From Dokdonella sp. (GTDB lineage: Bacteria > Pseudomonadota > Gammaproteobacteria > Xanthomonadales > Rhodanobacteraceae), in NCBI GenBank assembly GCA_036758645.1, contig DAIOWG010000001.1, forward strand, positions 1-37,881: a DNA stretch of 37,881 nt. The letters are read 5' to 3'. Below, one piece after another: positions 29,687-37,881 of this stretch. The notes under the pieces are model-generated. The model ran no database searches and was not told the DNA's origin. It saw only the letters and a list, made by a program, of their open reading frames with translations. A program made the position numbers and the translations under genes. Numbering within the stretch: the first letter of the stretch is position 1; each line of letters starts with the position of its first letter.

Positions 29687-30568
29687 TCAGCGGGGCGGGG
29701 CGGAAGGTGGGGCGGCGCGGTCGTGCAGCGGCAGCGACACGGCCCACGCGCGCCGGCCGTCTTCGCCGGATGCGGTCAGCACGAGGTCGAAGCGGTCGGG
29801 CGCCTGCGTGAAGTATTCGCTGCGGCCTGCATCGATCACGAGCGCATCGGCGTCGCGGCGGAAGGTCGGTACGCGATTGTCGAGCAGCTTGCGCTGCACC
29901 GCATGCGCATCGAGCGACTCGGCCGGCGGGAGGTCCGTGCCGTGCAGCCGGATCTGGATGCGCTCGCCATCGAGTTCGGCCCGGCCCCGCCACGTCGCAG
30001 GCCGTGGCCGCTCGCGCTCCGCACGTTCGAACAACGCGGACCAGCGCGCGTCGATCGCAGGCTGCGCCGCGACCGGCAGCTCGATCGAGACCGCATCCTT
30101 GCCCGGGATGCATGCCTCGCGGCAGGCCAGCCACTTGACCTCGGCCTCGATGCGTACGCGCGTGCCGGGACGCGCGTCGACGGGGACGGCGAGCGTCACC
30201 GGCAGCACGATTTCGTCGTCGTAGCCGAAGTTCTGCAGGCTCCCGACGGCGAAGCGCTGCGGCGATGGCCATTGGATCGCAGCCGCGACGTATCCGGGCG
30301 GAAGCTCCCATGCAACCCGCGTCGGAAGGCCCGAATCGCCCGGGTTGATCCAGTAGCTGTGCCAGTGCGGCGCGTGGCGCAGGCGCAGGCCGAGCTGCGC
30401 GCTTGCGCCGGGCTGCAACGCATCGGTGCGCGCGACCAGGTCGACTGCGAGTGGTTGCCCGGCGTCGGTCGTCGACGCGGATGCGTGCGGCGCGCAAACC
30501 ACCGTGGCCAGCGCCGCAGCGCCGAGCATGGCCGCGAAGCCGCGCGCGGAGCGGGTTGCGGACGTCAT
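29687..30568 (-). CDS. Stand-alone DsbD N-terminal-domain protein (no TM or thioredoxin domain)
   Basis: Signal peptide; WHSYWINPGDSGLPT, WPSPQRF, WLACREACIPG (CxxxC). Confidence 0.85.
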   Translation of the reverse strand: MTSATRSARGFAAMLGAAALATVVCAPHASASTTDAGQPLAVDLVARTDALQPGASAQLGLRLRHAPHWHSYWINPGDSGLPTRVAWELPPGYVAAAIQWPSPQRFAVGSLQNFGYDDEIVLPVTLAVPVDARPGTRVRIEAEVKWLACREACIPGKDAVSIELPVAAQPAIDARWSALFERAERERPRPATWRGRAELDGERIQIRLHGTDLPPAESLDAHAVQRKLLDNRVPTFRRDADALVIDAGRSEYFTQAPDRFDLVLTASGEDGRRAWAVSLPLHDRAAPPSAPPR

Positions 30569-30671
30569 CGAGGACCCTCGTTCGGCAAGCCTGGTGACCG
30601 AGACCGCCGCCGGCAGCGAAAGGTTGCATCGAGGCCGGCGCGAATCGACGGACTCTCGCGGCGAGGGCGCA

Positions 30672-31220
30672 TCACACGCCGCCGAACAATGCGCCCTGCC
30701 CGCCGCCGTACCGCGGCACGCCGTCGATGAGCCGGGCCGGTTCGCGGAACGCGTGCGCGACGACGCCGGTCGCGAGGATGTGGAGCACGCGCCAGCCGTG
30801 CAGTTCGAGGTCGTCCGCGATCAGCGAGCGGTGGCAGCGCCACCAGAGCAGCTCCGCGCACATCAGCGCGCAGCGTTGCGCGCTGGCGAGTGCGCAGACC
30901 TCGTCGAACGCCGCGCGATAGTCGGGGTCGGCCAGGTGATCGGCATAGCCGCGAAACGCGTCGTTGCGCCAGACGCCATTGGGTGAATCCGCGCGCGGCT
31001 TGCGCCGGCCGCCGAGCGCGACGAAATGGCGGTAGTCGATGCCTGCGTCCGCGAGTCCGACGGCGAGCGCTTCGGTCCCGAACTGCGGATGCCGGCGCGA
31101 GCCCGGGAAGCGCCGCACGTCGGCAACGAGTTCGATCCGCTCGGATGCCAGGCGCGCGACGAACGCGTCGAGCGACAGCGTCGAGTGGCCGATGGTCCAG
31201 ATCGTCGGTGCAGCCGCCAT
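30672..31220 (-). CDS. DUF488 domain-containing protein
   Basis: IWTIGHST, VADVRRFPGSRRHPQF, LGGRR, ALMCAE..WWRCHRSLIAD. Confidence 0.92.
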   Translation of the reverse strand: MAAAPTIWTIGHSTLSLDAFVARLASERIELVADVRRFPGSRRHPQFGTEALAVGLADAGIDYRHFVALGGRRKPRADSPNGVWRNDAFRGYADHLADPDYRAAFDEVCALASAQRCALMCAELLWWRCHRSLIADDLELHGWRVLHILATGVVAHAFREPARLIDGVPRYGGGQGALFGGV

Positions 31221-31329
31221 GGCCTCGTTTCGTCTCGTCTCGGTGGGGCCCTTTCGGCACTGGCCGACGGCCCCCATCTGCACCAGCATGACCCCGCCGA
31301 ACTGAACCGGCGGTTGCCTGGAGGCTTCG

Positions 31330-31527
31330 ATGCTGACGTTCCTGCTCTGGCTGCTGCTGCTCGTGGTGTGCTGGCCGCTCGCATTGCTCGCGCTGCTGCT
31401 CTACCCGCTGGTGTGGCTGGTCTTGCTGCCGTTCCGCCTGCTCGGCTTCGCGGTCGAGGGCGTGCTCGGGTTCGTGCGCGCGCTCGTGATGCTGCCCGCG
31501 CGCGTGCTCGGCGGGCGACCGGCGTGA
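31330..31527 (+). CDS. Small hydrophobic membrane protein
   Basis: GGAGG RBS; 65-aa Leu-rich product; GTGA coupling to DUF924. Confidence 0.75.
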   Translation: MLTFLLWLLLLVVCWPLALLALLLYPLVWLVLLPFRLLGFAVEGVLGFVRALVMLPARVLGGRPA

Positions 31528-32132
31528 CGGGCCCCGCTGCGCTCGATCCGCGCGCAACGGAAGTGCTCGGGTTCTGGTTCGACGAAGCGGCGACGGCGGC
31601 CGAAGCCAGCGCGCGCTGGTTCGGCCGGGACGATGCGTTCGACGCCGCGATCCGCGCGCGCTTCGCGGCGCTGCGCGAGGAGGCGGTCGCCGGGGATCTC
31701 GATGCGTGGCTCGTGGACCCGCGCGGACGGCTCGCGCTGATCCTGCTGGTCGACCAGTTCTCGCGCAATCTTTTCCGCGGCGATCCACGCGCGTTCGAAC
31801 ACGATCCGCTCGCGCGCCGCTGGAGCCTCGACGGCATCGACGCCGGCGCCGACCGCACGTTGCAACCGATCGAACGCGTGTTCTTCTACCTGCCGCTCGA
31901 GCATTCCGAAGCGCTCGCGGACCAGCGGCGCTCGGTGCAGTTGTTCACCGCGCTGCGAGACGAAGCGCCTGGCGACCGGCGCGACGAGTTCGACGTGTTC
32001 CTCGATTACGCGCGTCGACATCATGACGTGATCGCGCAGCACGGCCGCTTCCCGCACCGCAACGCGGTACTCGGGCGCACTTCGACGCCCGCGGAAGCGG
32101 CCTACCTCGCGCAGCCGGACGCGGGCTTCTGA
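31524..32132 (+). CDS. DUF924 family protein
   Basis: VLGFWF, LILLVDQFSRNLFRG, FFYLPLEHSE, GRFPHRNAVLGRTSTPAE. Confidence 0.92.
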   Translation: MTGPAALDPRATEVLGFWFDEAATAAEASARWFGRDDAFDAAIRARFAALREEAVAGDLDAWLVDPRGRLALILLVDQFSRNLFRGDPRAFEHDPLARRWSLDGIDAGADRTLQPIERVFFYLPLEHSEALADQRRSVQLFTALRDEAPGDRRDEFDVFLDYARRHHDVIAQHGRFPHRNAVLGRTSTPAEAAYLAQPDAGF

Positions 32133-32168
32133 TCGGCGCGTCGTCGGGCCTGGCGCGCGCGCACGCGA

Positions 32169-33443
32169 TCAGGGCACGCGTTCGAAGCCATCCTCGAACA
32201 GGCGATCACCCGGGCCCCCGCAGGTCTGCCGGTTGCAGCGCGCGAGCTTGATGTCGAGCAGCGACTGGTCGAAGTACGCAATGACGACCGCGCCATCGTG
32301 GTCGATCGCGAGGTCGGCATCGATGCCCGTGACGAGGCCGTTGCCGGAGCGCTCGATCAGCACGCGCTCCACGGACTGGCAGCTCGGCTCGCCGCATTCC
32401 GCCACGTACAGCGCGGTGAACGTCGGCACGGAGGCGCTCTGCCGCTGGTAGGCGATCACCGGTCGACCGTCCTGGCGCACCCCGATCGACGTGCTGTCGT
32501 CGAACCCGATCGCGAAATCGCCGTCGTCGATGACCGTCGACGACACGTTGCCATCGCAGTCCGGATCCGCGCAGCGACCGAAGCGCAGCACGGGTTCGGC
32601 CACGCCGAGGTGCGAGAACACGGGCAGGTCGTCGGTCCCGATCGTCATGTCCTGCCCGACGCCGGCCGGCGTGTTGGACTGGTAGTAAAGCGTCTGCTCC
32701 GCATCGGCGCAGGGCACGATCGAACAATCGAAGCCGTTGACGCCGACCAGGTCCTGCGCGCCCGTGAGGTTCTCCCACTGGCTGGAGACGAACGGGTCGT
32801 TGCGGCCTGCGAACGCGAGCGAGGCGAAATCGCCTGCGGTGATCTGTCCGCCGCCGTTCAAGGTTTCGATGTCCACGGCCGAACAGGCGGGCGTGACGCA
32901 GCGCGCATACGTCAACGTCCCCGCGGTGAAGTCGCGGTATGCGAAGGCCGCCCGGTTGTCGGGTCCGAAGGCCCAGTCGACATGGGCGCCGACGTCGTTC
33001 GGACCCGGATCGATCGTGAAGAAGTCGTGGCCACCGCCGGTGCAGTCCGCGCTGACGCAGCGCACGACGTCGAGCCGGCGTTCCGCGTTGTCCTGGAACG
33101 CGATCGCGGGGTTTCCGGCCGGCGTGATCGCGAGCGCGAAGTGCGCCGACGTGAGGTAGGTCCCCGTGAGCTCGACGACCATCACGTCGGTGCAGTCCCA
33201 GTTGTTGCACTTGGCGACGCGCAGCTTGTTCTGCAGCGTGCGGTAGGCGACCACGGGCAGGCCGTCGGCACCGATCGCGAGCGAGGGCTGGCCGGCCATG
33301 CTGGTGTCGTCGATCGTGGTCACGGTCGCAGCGTTCGCGCCGGCGATGCACAGCGCGAACACGACGCAGGCGCAGGCGCGCCACCGCTGGCGCATGCCGC
33401 GATCGAGCGCGCGGCGGCGGGAGGAAACGATCGGGGATGTCAT
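32169..33443 (-). CDS. Exported Cys-repeat protein (predicted 7-bladed propeller) with terminal LFEDGFE
   Basis: GGAG RBS and signal peptide. Seven repeats of SLAI..DG.PV.AY...L..A.C-x4-C. Confidence 0.75.
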   Translation of the reverse strand: MTSPIVSSRRRALDRGMRQRWRACACVVFALCIAGANAATVTTIDDTSMAGQPSLAIGADGLPVVAYRTLQNKLRVAKCNNWDCTDVMVVELTGTYLTSAHFALAITPAGNPAIAFQDNAERRLDVVRCVSADCTGGGHDFFTIDPGPNDVGAHVDWAFGPDNRAAFAYRDFTAGTLTYARCVTPACSAVDIETLNGGGQITAGDFASLAFAGRNDPFVSSQWENLTGAQDLVGVNGFDCSIVPCADAEQTLYYQSNTPAGVGQDMTIGTDDLPVFSHLGVAEPVLRFGRCADPDCDGNVSSTVIDDGDFAIGFDDSTSIGVRQDGRPVIAYQRQSASVPTFTALYVAECGEPSCQSVERVLIERSGNGLVTGIDADLAIDHDGAVVIAYFDQSLLDIKLARCNRQTCGGPGDRLFEDGFERVP

Positions 33444-33513
33444 GTCGAGGTTCTCCGGGGTGACCGGCGCAGCCTCGCGACCGCCGCGCGGCGAGTCTCA
33501 CCATGCGCGTGTG

Positions 33514-33532
33514 ATTTCGATCCAATTTCGAT
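33514..33532. promoter_or_regulatory. 11-bp-period direct repeat upstream of the Cys-repeat gene
   Basis: ATTTCGAT-CCA-ATTTCGAT, 70 bp upstream of the ATG. The spacing is typical of OmpR/winged-helix sites. Confidence 0.4.
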
Positions 33533-33588
33533 GCAGGCGTCGGGAGGCCGTGGCGCACCCGGGGTTTTGCGGAGGACCTCGCCGCCAC

Positions 33589-33636
33589 GCCCCTCCCGCA
33601 AACGGTCTCCGGATAGGTTTCAGCCCCGAGCTCTTC
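33589..33636. repeat. Degenerate REP-like element, GGGAGGGGCTTCAGCCCCGAGCTCTT family (copy 3)
   Basis: GCCCCTCCCGCA at 33589-33600 and GGATAGGTTTCAGCCCCGAGCTCTTC at 33611-33636. Confidence 0.5.
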
Positions 33637-33656
33637 GCCAGGGCACTTGCGCCCCT

Positions 33657-34379
33657 TCAGGCCGCCGCGGCGAACCCGAGCTGCGCGGGCTCGAATGCCA
33701 TGCGCCGCGCACCGAGGTCGGCTTCCGCGATGACGCGCCTGCGCGTGACCTTCACCAGCCAGGTGTGCTGCTCGAGCGGGGCCTTCGACCGGAACGCGGT
33801 CGGCGACAGCACGGCGAGGCACGCGCGATGTTGCGGATCGCGCACCGAGCGATAGCGGATCAGCGCGATGCCCGCCTCACGAGCGTCGCGCGCGAGTGCC
33901 TGTGTCGCGGCATAGGACGATGGATCCTCCCACTCCACGCGACGCGGTGCGAACGGCGCATCGGTCAAGGCAAAGCCGGCCCCGGCGACATCCGCACGGA
34001 ATGCCGTGTGCGGCACCGGCGGCAAGTCGGGCGTGCCCGGTGAATCGGCGAGGAAGCGCAGGCGCCAGTACGCGACTTCCGCGAGCGCGGTCTCGAGCGC
34101 ACTCGCGCCGTACCAGACACCGGCATCACCGATGCCACGGAATCTCGACCCCGCGGGCGGCGGCGCCGGATAGCGGAAAGGCGTCGCGAGGAGGTAATGC
34201 AGCGGCGCCGCGTCGGCGGGCGTCGGCGGCTTGGCCTGCTCGAGCAGGTCCTCGAGCAGTGCCTGCTCGGCAAGCGTATCGACCAGACGCATCGTCGATG
34301 CGCGGTGTTGGACCTCGACCACGCGCCAGGGCCTGGCCGCGAGGCGGCGCGCAGCGCCTTTGAGGGTTTCGACGTTCAT
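33657..34379 (-). CDS. RES-domain toxin (NAD+ phosphorylase family)
   Basis: WRVVEVQH, HYLLATPFRY, GSRF, YGASALETALAE, IRYRSVRD. Alternative start at 34457. Confidence 0.92.
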   Translation of the reverse strand: MNVETLKGAARRLAARPWRVVEVQHRASTMRLVDTLAEQALLEDLLEQAKPPTPADAAPLHYLLATPFRYPAPPPAGSRFRGIGDAGVWYGASALETALAEVAYWRLRFLADSPGTPDLPPVPHTAFRADVAGAGFALTDAPFAPRRVEWEDPSSYAATQALARDAREAGIALIRYRSVRDPQHRACLAVLSPTAFRSKAPLEQHTWLVKVTRRRVIAEADLGARRMAFEPAQLGFAAAA

Positions 34380-34467
34380 GTGCGGGCGCGTCTGTCGCGG
34401 AGGGCTCGCACAGCGTCCGCCGCGCGCGTCGCATCGGCTGCGATGCGGCGCGAACATTCAGCGCCGT

Positions 34468-34857
34468 TCACAGCCGTGCGCGTGCGCTGTCGAGGTAGTG
34501 CAGCACGTGGACCAGACCCTCGGCGCTGCGCAGGCGGTCGAGTGGGCGCGCGCCTGCGAACGCGAGGTTCGGCGATTCGAGCCAGGCGCGCGCCGCGCCG
34601 TCGTTGGATCCGACGATCGCGTCGAGCGAGCGGAACACGCGGACCCACAGCCGCGCCAGCTCACCGGCCTTGCTGTCCGGATCGATCGGCGCCGCGCGCG
34701 CGCGCGAGATCGTCGAGGCGCTGACGCCGATGATTTCGGCCAGCGTGCGCTGCGGCACACCAAGCACTTCGGCCGCGCGCAGCGTCGCCTTGGTGAGTAC
34801 CGCGGCCGCATCGGCGGCGGCGGCCGGCGCGGGAACGCGGTTCGGGGAAGCGGCCAT
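34468..34857 (-). CDS. Xre/MbcA/ParS antitoxin
   Basis: HTH LAEIIGVSASTISR, then VRVFRSLDAIVG...ARAWLESPN...GLVHVLHYLD. GGAG RBS. Confidence 0.92.
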   Translation of the reverse strand: MAASPNRVPAPAAAADAAAVLTKATLRAAEVLGVPQRTLAEIIGVSASTISRARAAPIDPDSKAGELARLWVRVFRSLDAIVGSNDGAARAWLESPNLAFAGARPLDRLRSAEGLVHVLHYLDSARARL

Positions 34858-34869
34858 CGGGGTCTCCCG

Positions 34870-34909
34870 TTGCACCTGCAATCATCCGCCTATGAACGTG
34901 CAACTGCAA
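34870..34909 (-). promoter_or_regulatory. Putative sigma70 promoter with two TGCA-N2-TGCA palindromes (candidate TA operator)
   Basis: TTGCACCTGCAA at 34870-34881 and GTGCAACTGCAA at 34898-34909. Minus strand TTGCAG-N17-GATGAT. Confidence 0.55.
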
Positions 34910-34967
34910 CCACGCTGGCCGCACCGGGAGCATTCCACCGCGGTGCTGCGTGTTGCACACTGCACGC

Positions 34968-35585
34968 ATGCCCGCCAAGCCGCATTCACCCGCGAGCGAA
35001 CGCAATCGCGATCCGATCCTCGGCGTGCTGCAGCCGTTCTTCGCCGACCGTCTGCGCGTGCTCGAGATCGGCAGCGGCACCGGCCAGCACGCGGTGCATT
35101 TTGCGCGCGCGCTGCCCTGGCTTCGCTGGCAGGCCACCGATCGCCACGCGAACCTGGCCGGCATCCGCACCTGGCTCGACGAGGCCGCGCTGGCGAATGC
35201 GCCGCCCCCGCTCGAGCTCGACGTGACCGGCGCGTGGCCGCTGGAAACCTTCGATGCCGTGTTCAGTGCGAACACGCTGCACATCATGTCCTGGACCGAG
35301 GTCGAGACGATGTTCGCCGCGCTGCCCGGCGCGACCACCGCCGACGCGAAGCTCGCGATCTACGGCCCGTTCAACGTCGGCGGTCGCTTCACGAGCGACA
35401 GCAATGCCGCATTCGATGCCTCGCTGAAGGCGCAATCGCCCGCGATGGGCATCCGCGATGTCGCGGCCGTCGACGCGCTCGCGCGCGCCGCCGGCTTCGA
35501 GCTCGTAGACGACGTGCCGATGCCAGCGAACAACCGCATGCGGCTCTGGCATCGGGGCGCGCCGGGGCCACGCCTGCGGGCATGA
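34968..35585 (+). CDS. DUF938 methyltransferase-like protein
   Basis: SPASERNRDPI, VLEIGSGTGQH, YGPF, SNAAFD.SL, MPANN. Confidence 0.92.
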   Translation: MPAKPHSPASERNRDPILGVLQPFFADRLRVLEIGSGTGQHAVHFARALPWLRWQATDRHANLAGIRTWLDEAALANAPPPLELDVTGAWPLETFDAVFSANTLHIMSWTEVETMFAALPGATTADAKLAIYGPFNVGGRFTSDSNAAFDASLKAQSPAMGIRDVAAVDALARAAGFELVDDVPMPANNRMRLWHRGAPGPRLRA

Positions 35586-35675
35586 TCGGGATCGCCGGAT
35601 GCGCCGCGCGTCCGATGCGGGCGCTCGCGTGCGTCGAGTGCAAGGCATCGACCACGTCCGCAACAAGGAGGAACC

Positions 35676-36185
35676 ATGCGCATGCCGATCCTGTTTCTCT
35701 CGTGCGCGCTGGCATGGCCAGGCTCGGCATTCCCCGCCGATCCTTCGGCGGGCGCCGTGTTCGAGCAGCTCAAGTCGTTCGCGGGTCACTGGCGGTCCGC
35801 CGATCCCGCCCATGCCACGCGCGTGGAGTTCGAATCAATCGCGAACGGCAGCACCCTGGTCGAGACCTGGACGATGAGCCCGACCCGCCAGTCGATGACC
35901 GTCTACACGATGGACGGGGATCGGCTGCTGGCGACCCACTATTGCCCGCAGGGCAACGCGCCGCGATTGAAGTACGCGCGCACCGACGCATCGGGCGCGC
36001 ACCATTTCGAGTTCCTCGACGGCGCGAACCTGCAGGATCCCGGCGGATCGCACGCGCACGCGTTCTGGGTGCGCGAGGACGACGGCGGCGCGATCACGCG
36101 CGGCGAAACCTACATTTCCAATTCGGCCCGCTACGATCCGGCGAAAGACGCGGCGAGCACCGAACGCTTCACGCGCGTGCGATAG
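35676..36185 (+). CDS. Exported hypothetical protein
   Basis: Strong AAGGAGG RBS and signal peptide; FEQLKSFAGHW, MTVY..DGDRLLATHYCPQGNAPRL. Confidence 0.8.
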   Translation: MRMPILFLSCALAWPGSAFPADPSAGAVFEQLKSFAGHWRSADPAHATRVEFESIANGSTLVETWTMSPTRQSMTVYTMDGDRLLATHYCPQGNAPRLKYARTDASGAHHFEFLDGANLQDPGGSHAHAFWVREDDGGAITRGETYISNSARYDPAKDAASTERFTRVR

Positions 36186-36260
36186 CGGCTGCGCGGCGGC
36201 CGCGTGTTGCGTGCCGTCCTGCCCGACGACCCTCCAACCCCGCCAAGCCGCCCCGTTCCC

Positions 36261-36704
36261 ATGCACGAACTTCGGATCACCACCGACAAGCACCTCCTCG
36301 ACCTGCCACTGATCCACCGCTTCCTTTCCGGACACACGTACTGGGCGCGCGGCATCCCGTATCCGCTGCTGCAGCGCGCGATCTCGAACTCGCTGTGTTT
36401 CGGCGGTTTCCTCGGAGATGCGCAGGTGGCGTTCGCGCGCGTGATTTCCGACTACGCGACGTTCGCGAACCTCGTCGACGTGTTCGTGCTGCCCGAGCAC
36501 CGGGGCAAGGGCCATTCAACGACATTGATGGACGCGGTCTGCGCCCATCCCGACCTGCAGGGCCTGCGGCGGTTCACGCTCGCGACCGGCGATGCACATG
36601 GCCTGTATGCGCGCTACGGCTTCACCGCGCCCGCCCATCCGCACACGCTGATGGAACGCTACGTTCCGGACCTTTATGCGCGCGCCGACGCGCCTGTTGC
36701 ATGA
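36261..36704 (+). CDS. GNAT family N-acetyltransferase
   Basis: YWARGI, AFARVISDYATFA, DVFVLPEHRGKG, DAHGLYARYGF. Confidence 0.92.
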   Translation: MHELRITTDKHLLDLPLIHRFLSGHTYWARGIPYPLLQRAISNSLCFGGFLGDAQVAFARVISDYATFANLVDVFVLPEHRGKGHSTTLMDAVCAHPDLQGLRRFTLATGDAHGLYARYGFTAPAHPHTLMERYVPDLYARADAPVA

Positions 36705-36786
36705 GCACGCGCGTGAAATGTCCGGCCGGCGCCGAGGCGTCGATCACCGCATCGGGGGGCGGTCCTGGTCCAGGCTTCGAGCCCGA

Positions 36787-36813
36787 TGTCGATTCGCGGG
36801 CGTCCCACTCGTC
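36787..36813 (+). promoter_or_regulatory. Candidate ECF sigma promoter (ECF42-like TGTCGA...CGTC)
   Basis: TGTCGA-N17-CGTC, 34 bp upstream of the YCII-like gene. Confidence 0.5.
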
Positions 36814-36847
36814 GAGATCCGGCATCCATCCCGAGCGGAGTCGATCG

Positions 36848-37201
36848 ATGAAGACGTTCCTGGCCATCTACCTTGGCACCGAAGACGCGATGTCCGACTG
36901 GAACCGCCTGCCCGAAGCCGAGCGTGAGCGGCGGCAGCACGAAGGGACCGCGCGCTGGCGTGCCTGGGCCGAGCACCATGCTGCGTCGATCGTCGACTAC
37001 GGCGGTCCGCTCGGCCGCACCAAGGCGGTGTCGGCCGCGGGCATCGCCGACGTGCGCAATGCGATGGCCGCCTGGGTGATCGTGCGCGCGGACAGCCACG
37101 AGCACGCCGCGCGGATGTTCGAAGGGCACGCGCATTTCACGCTCTTCCCCGGCCAATCGGTCGAGATCATGGAGTGCCTGCCGATGCCTGCGCGATCGTA
37201 G
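36848..37201 (+). CDS. YCII-related (dimeric alpha-beta barrel) protein
   Basis: GGAG RBS; MKTFLAIY...WRAW...IVDYGGPLGRTK...IVRADSHEHAARMF..H.HF...VEIME. This is the C-terminal part of the spurious 34604 ORF. Confidence 0.8.
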   Translation: MKTFLAIYLGTEDAMSDWNRLPEAERERRQHEGTARWRAWAEHHAASIVDYGGPLGRTKAVSAAGIADVRNAMAAWVIVRADSHEHAARMFEGHAHFTLFPGQSVEIMECLPMPARS

Positions 37202-37270
37202 CCGGGCCACGCCTCGCCGCCGCCGACGGCGACGACGCGCTCGCGCGCTCGCCGGCATACCATCACGCAC

Positions 37271-37876
37271 ATGGCCGACGATCCTTCCAACGGTTGGGAC
37301 GCCGTCGCGAGCGCGTTCATCGCCGCGCGTTCGGGCGCCGGCGCGGACGTGGTGCGCGCGTGGAGTCGTTCACTGCCCGCGGGCGCGGCCGTGCTCGACC
37401 TCGGCTGCGGCGCCGGCGTGCCGGTGTCGGTCGTGCTCGCGGAACAGGGCTGCCGCCTGCACGGCGTGGATGCCTCGCCCACGCTGGTCGAGGCATGGCG
37501 GCGCCGGTTCCCGCATGCACCGGTCGCATGCGAGGCGGCCGAAGCGTCTGCGTTCTTCGACCGCCGCTTCGACGCAATCGTCGCGGTCGGCCTCATGTTC
37601 CTGCTCGAACCCGCGGCGCAACGGGCCGTGATCGCGCGCGTGGCGGCTGCGCTGGTTCCCGGCGGACGCTTCCTGTTCACCGCGCCGGCGCAGGCGGTGC
37701 GCTGGAACGACCTGCTCACGCGACGCGCGTCGGTGTCGCTCGGTCGCGATGCGTACCGGAGCCTGCTCGCCGAAGCCGGCCTGCAGCTGGAGCGCGAGTC
37801 GACCGATGAAGGCGGCAACCACTATTTCGATGCCATGCGCGTGCACGCGAGCGATCAATCGGTGGAGCCGGATTGA
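37271..37876 (+). CDS. Class I SAM-dependent methyltransferase
   Basis: VLDLGCGAG, GVDASP, FDAIVAVG, LVPGGRFLFT. Confidence 0.9.
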   Translation: MADDPSNGWDAVASAFIAARSGAGADVVRAWSRSLPAGAAVLDLGCGAGVPVSVVLAEQGCRLHGVDASPTLVEAWRRRFPHAPVACEAAEASAFFDRRFDAIVAVGLMFLLEPAAQRAVIARVAAALVPGGRFLFTAPAQAVRWNDLLTRRASVSLGRDAYRSLLAEAGLQLERESTDEGGNHYFDAMRVHASDQSVEPD

Positions 37877-37881
37877 TGCCG

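Noticed and set aside
34604..36847. 865-aa ORF read as a single protein
   Set aside because: Only the last 117 aa (from ATG 36848 with an RBS) look real. The rest overlaps other genes out of frame or antisense.

Overview
A very GC-rich bacterial chromosomal window. Gene content and repeat style suggest Xanthomonadales, probably Rhodanobacteraceae or Dokdonella-like (inference). It holds about 36 CDS. Housekeeping genes include fbp, phhA, folE, an RlmI-type methyltransferase and a YgeA-type racemase. Regulatory and accessory loci include an OmpR-family two-component system with an ArnT-like transferase behind a PmrA-type box, a yybP-ykoY Mn riboswitch upstream of TerC/Alx, a NIPSNAP + YafY/WYL pair with a 26-bp palindromic operator candidate, and a RES-Xre toxin-antitoxin pair. 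The most striking signal is that four otherwise different exported proteins all end in the same C-terminal motif, [I/L]FxDGF[D/E], which looks like an uncharacterised sorting or anchoring tag. They are a beta-helix pseudogene, a tandem CSLREA/choice-of-anchor-Q protein, a HzsA-like CxxCH protein and a 7-repeat CxxxxC propeller-like protein. The first has its tagged tail shifted out of frame by an apparent internal deletion. Three distinct REP-like intergenic repeat families are present, one with a tandemly amplified 19-bp arm. I saw no rRNA, tRNA, CRISPR array, transposase or integrase. All family assignments come from motif recognition, not database searches.
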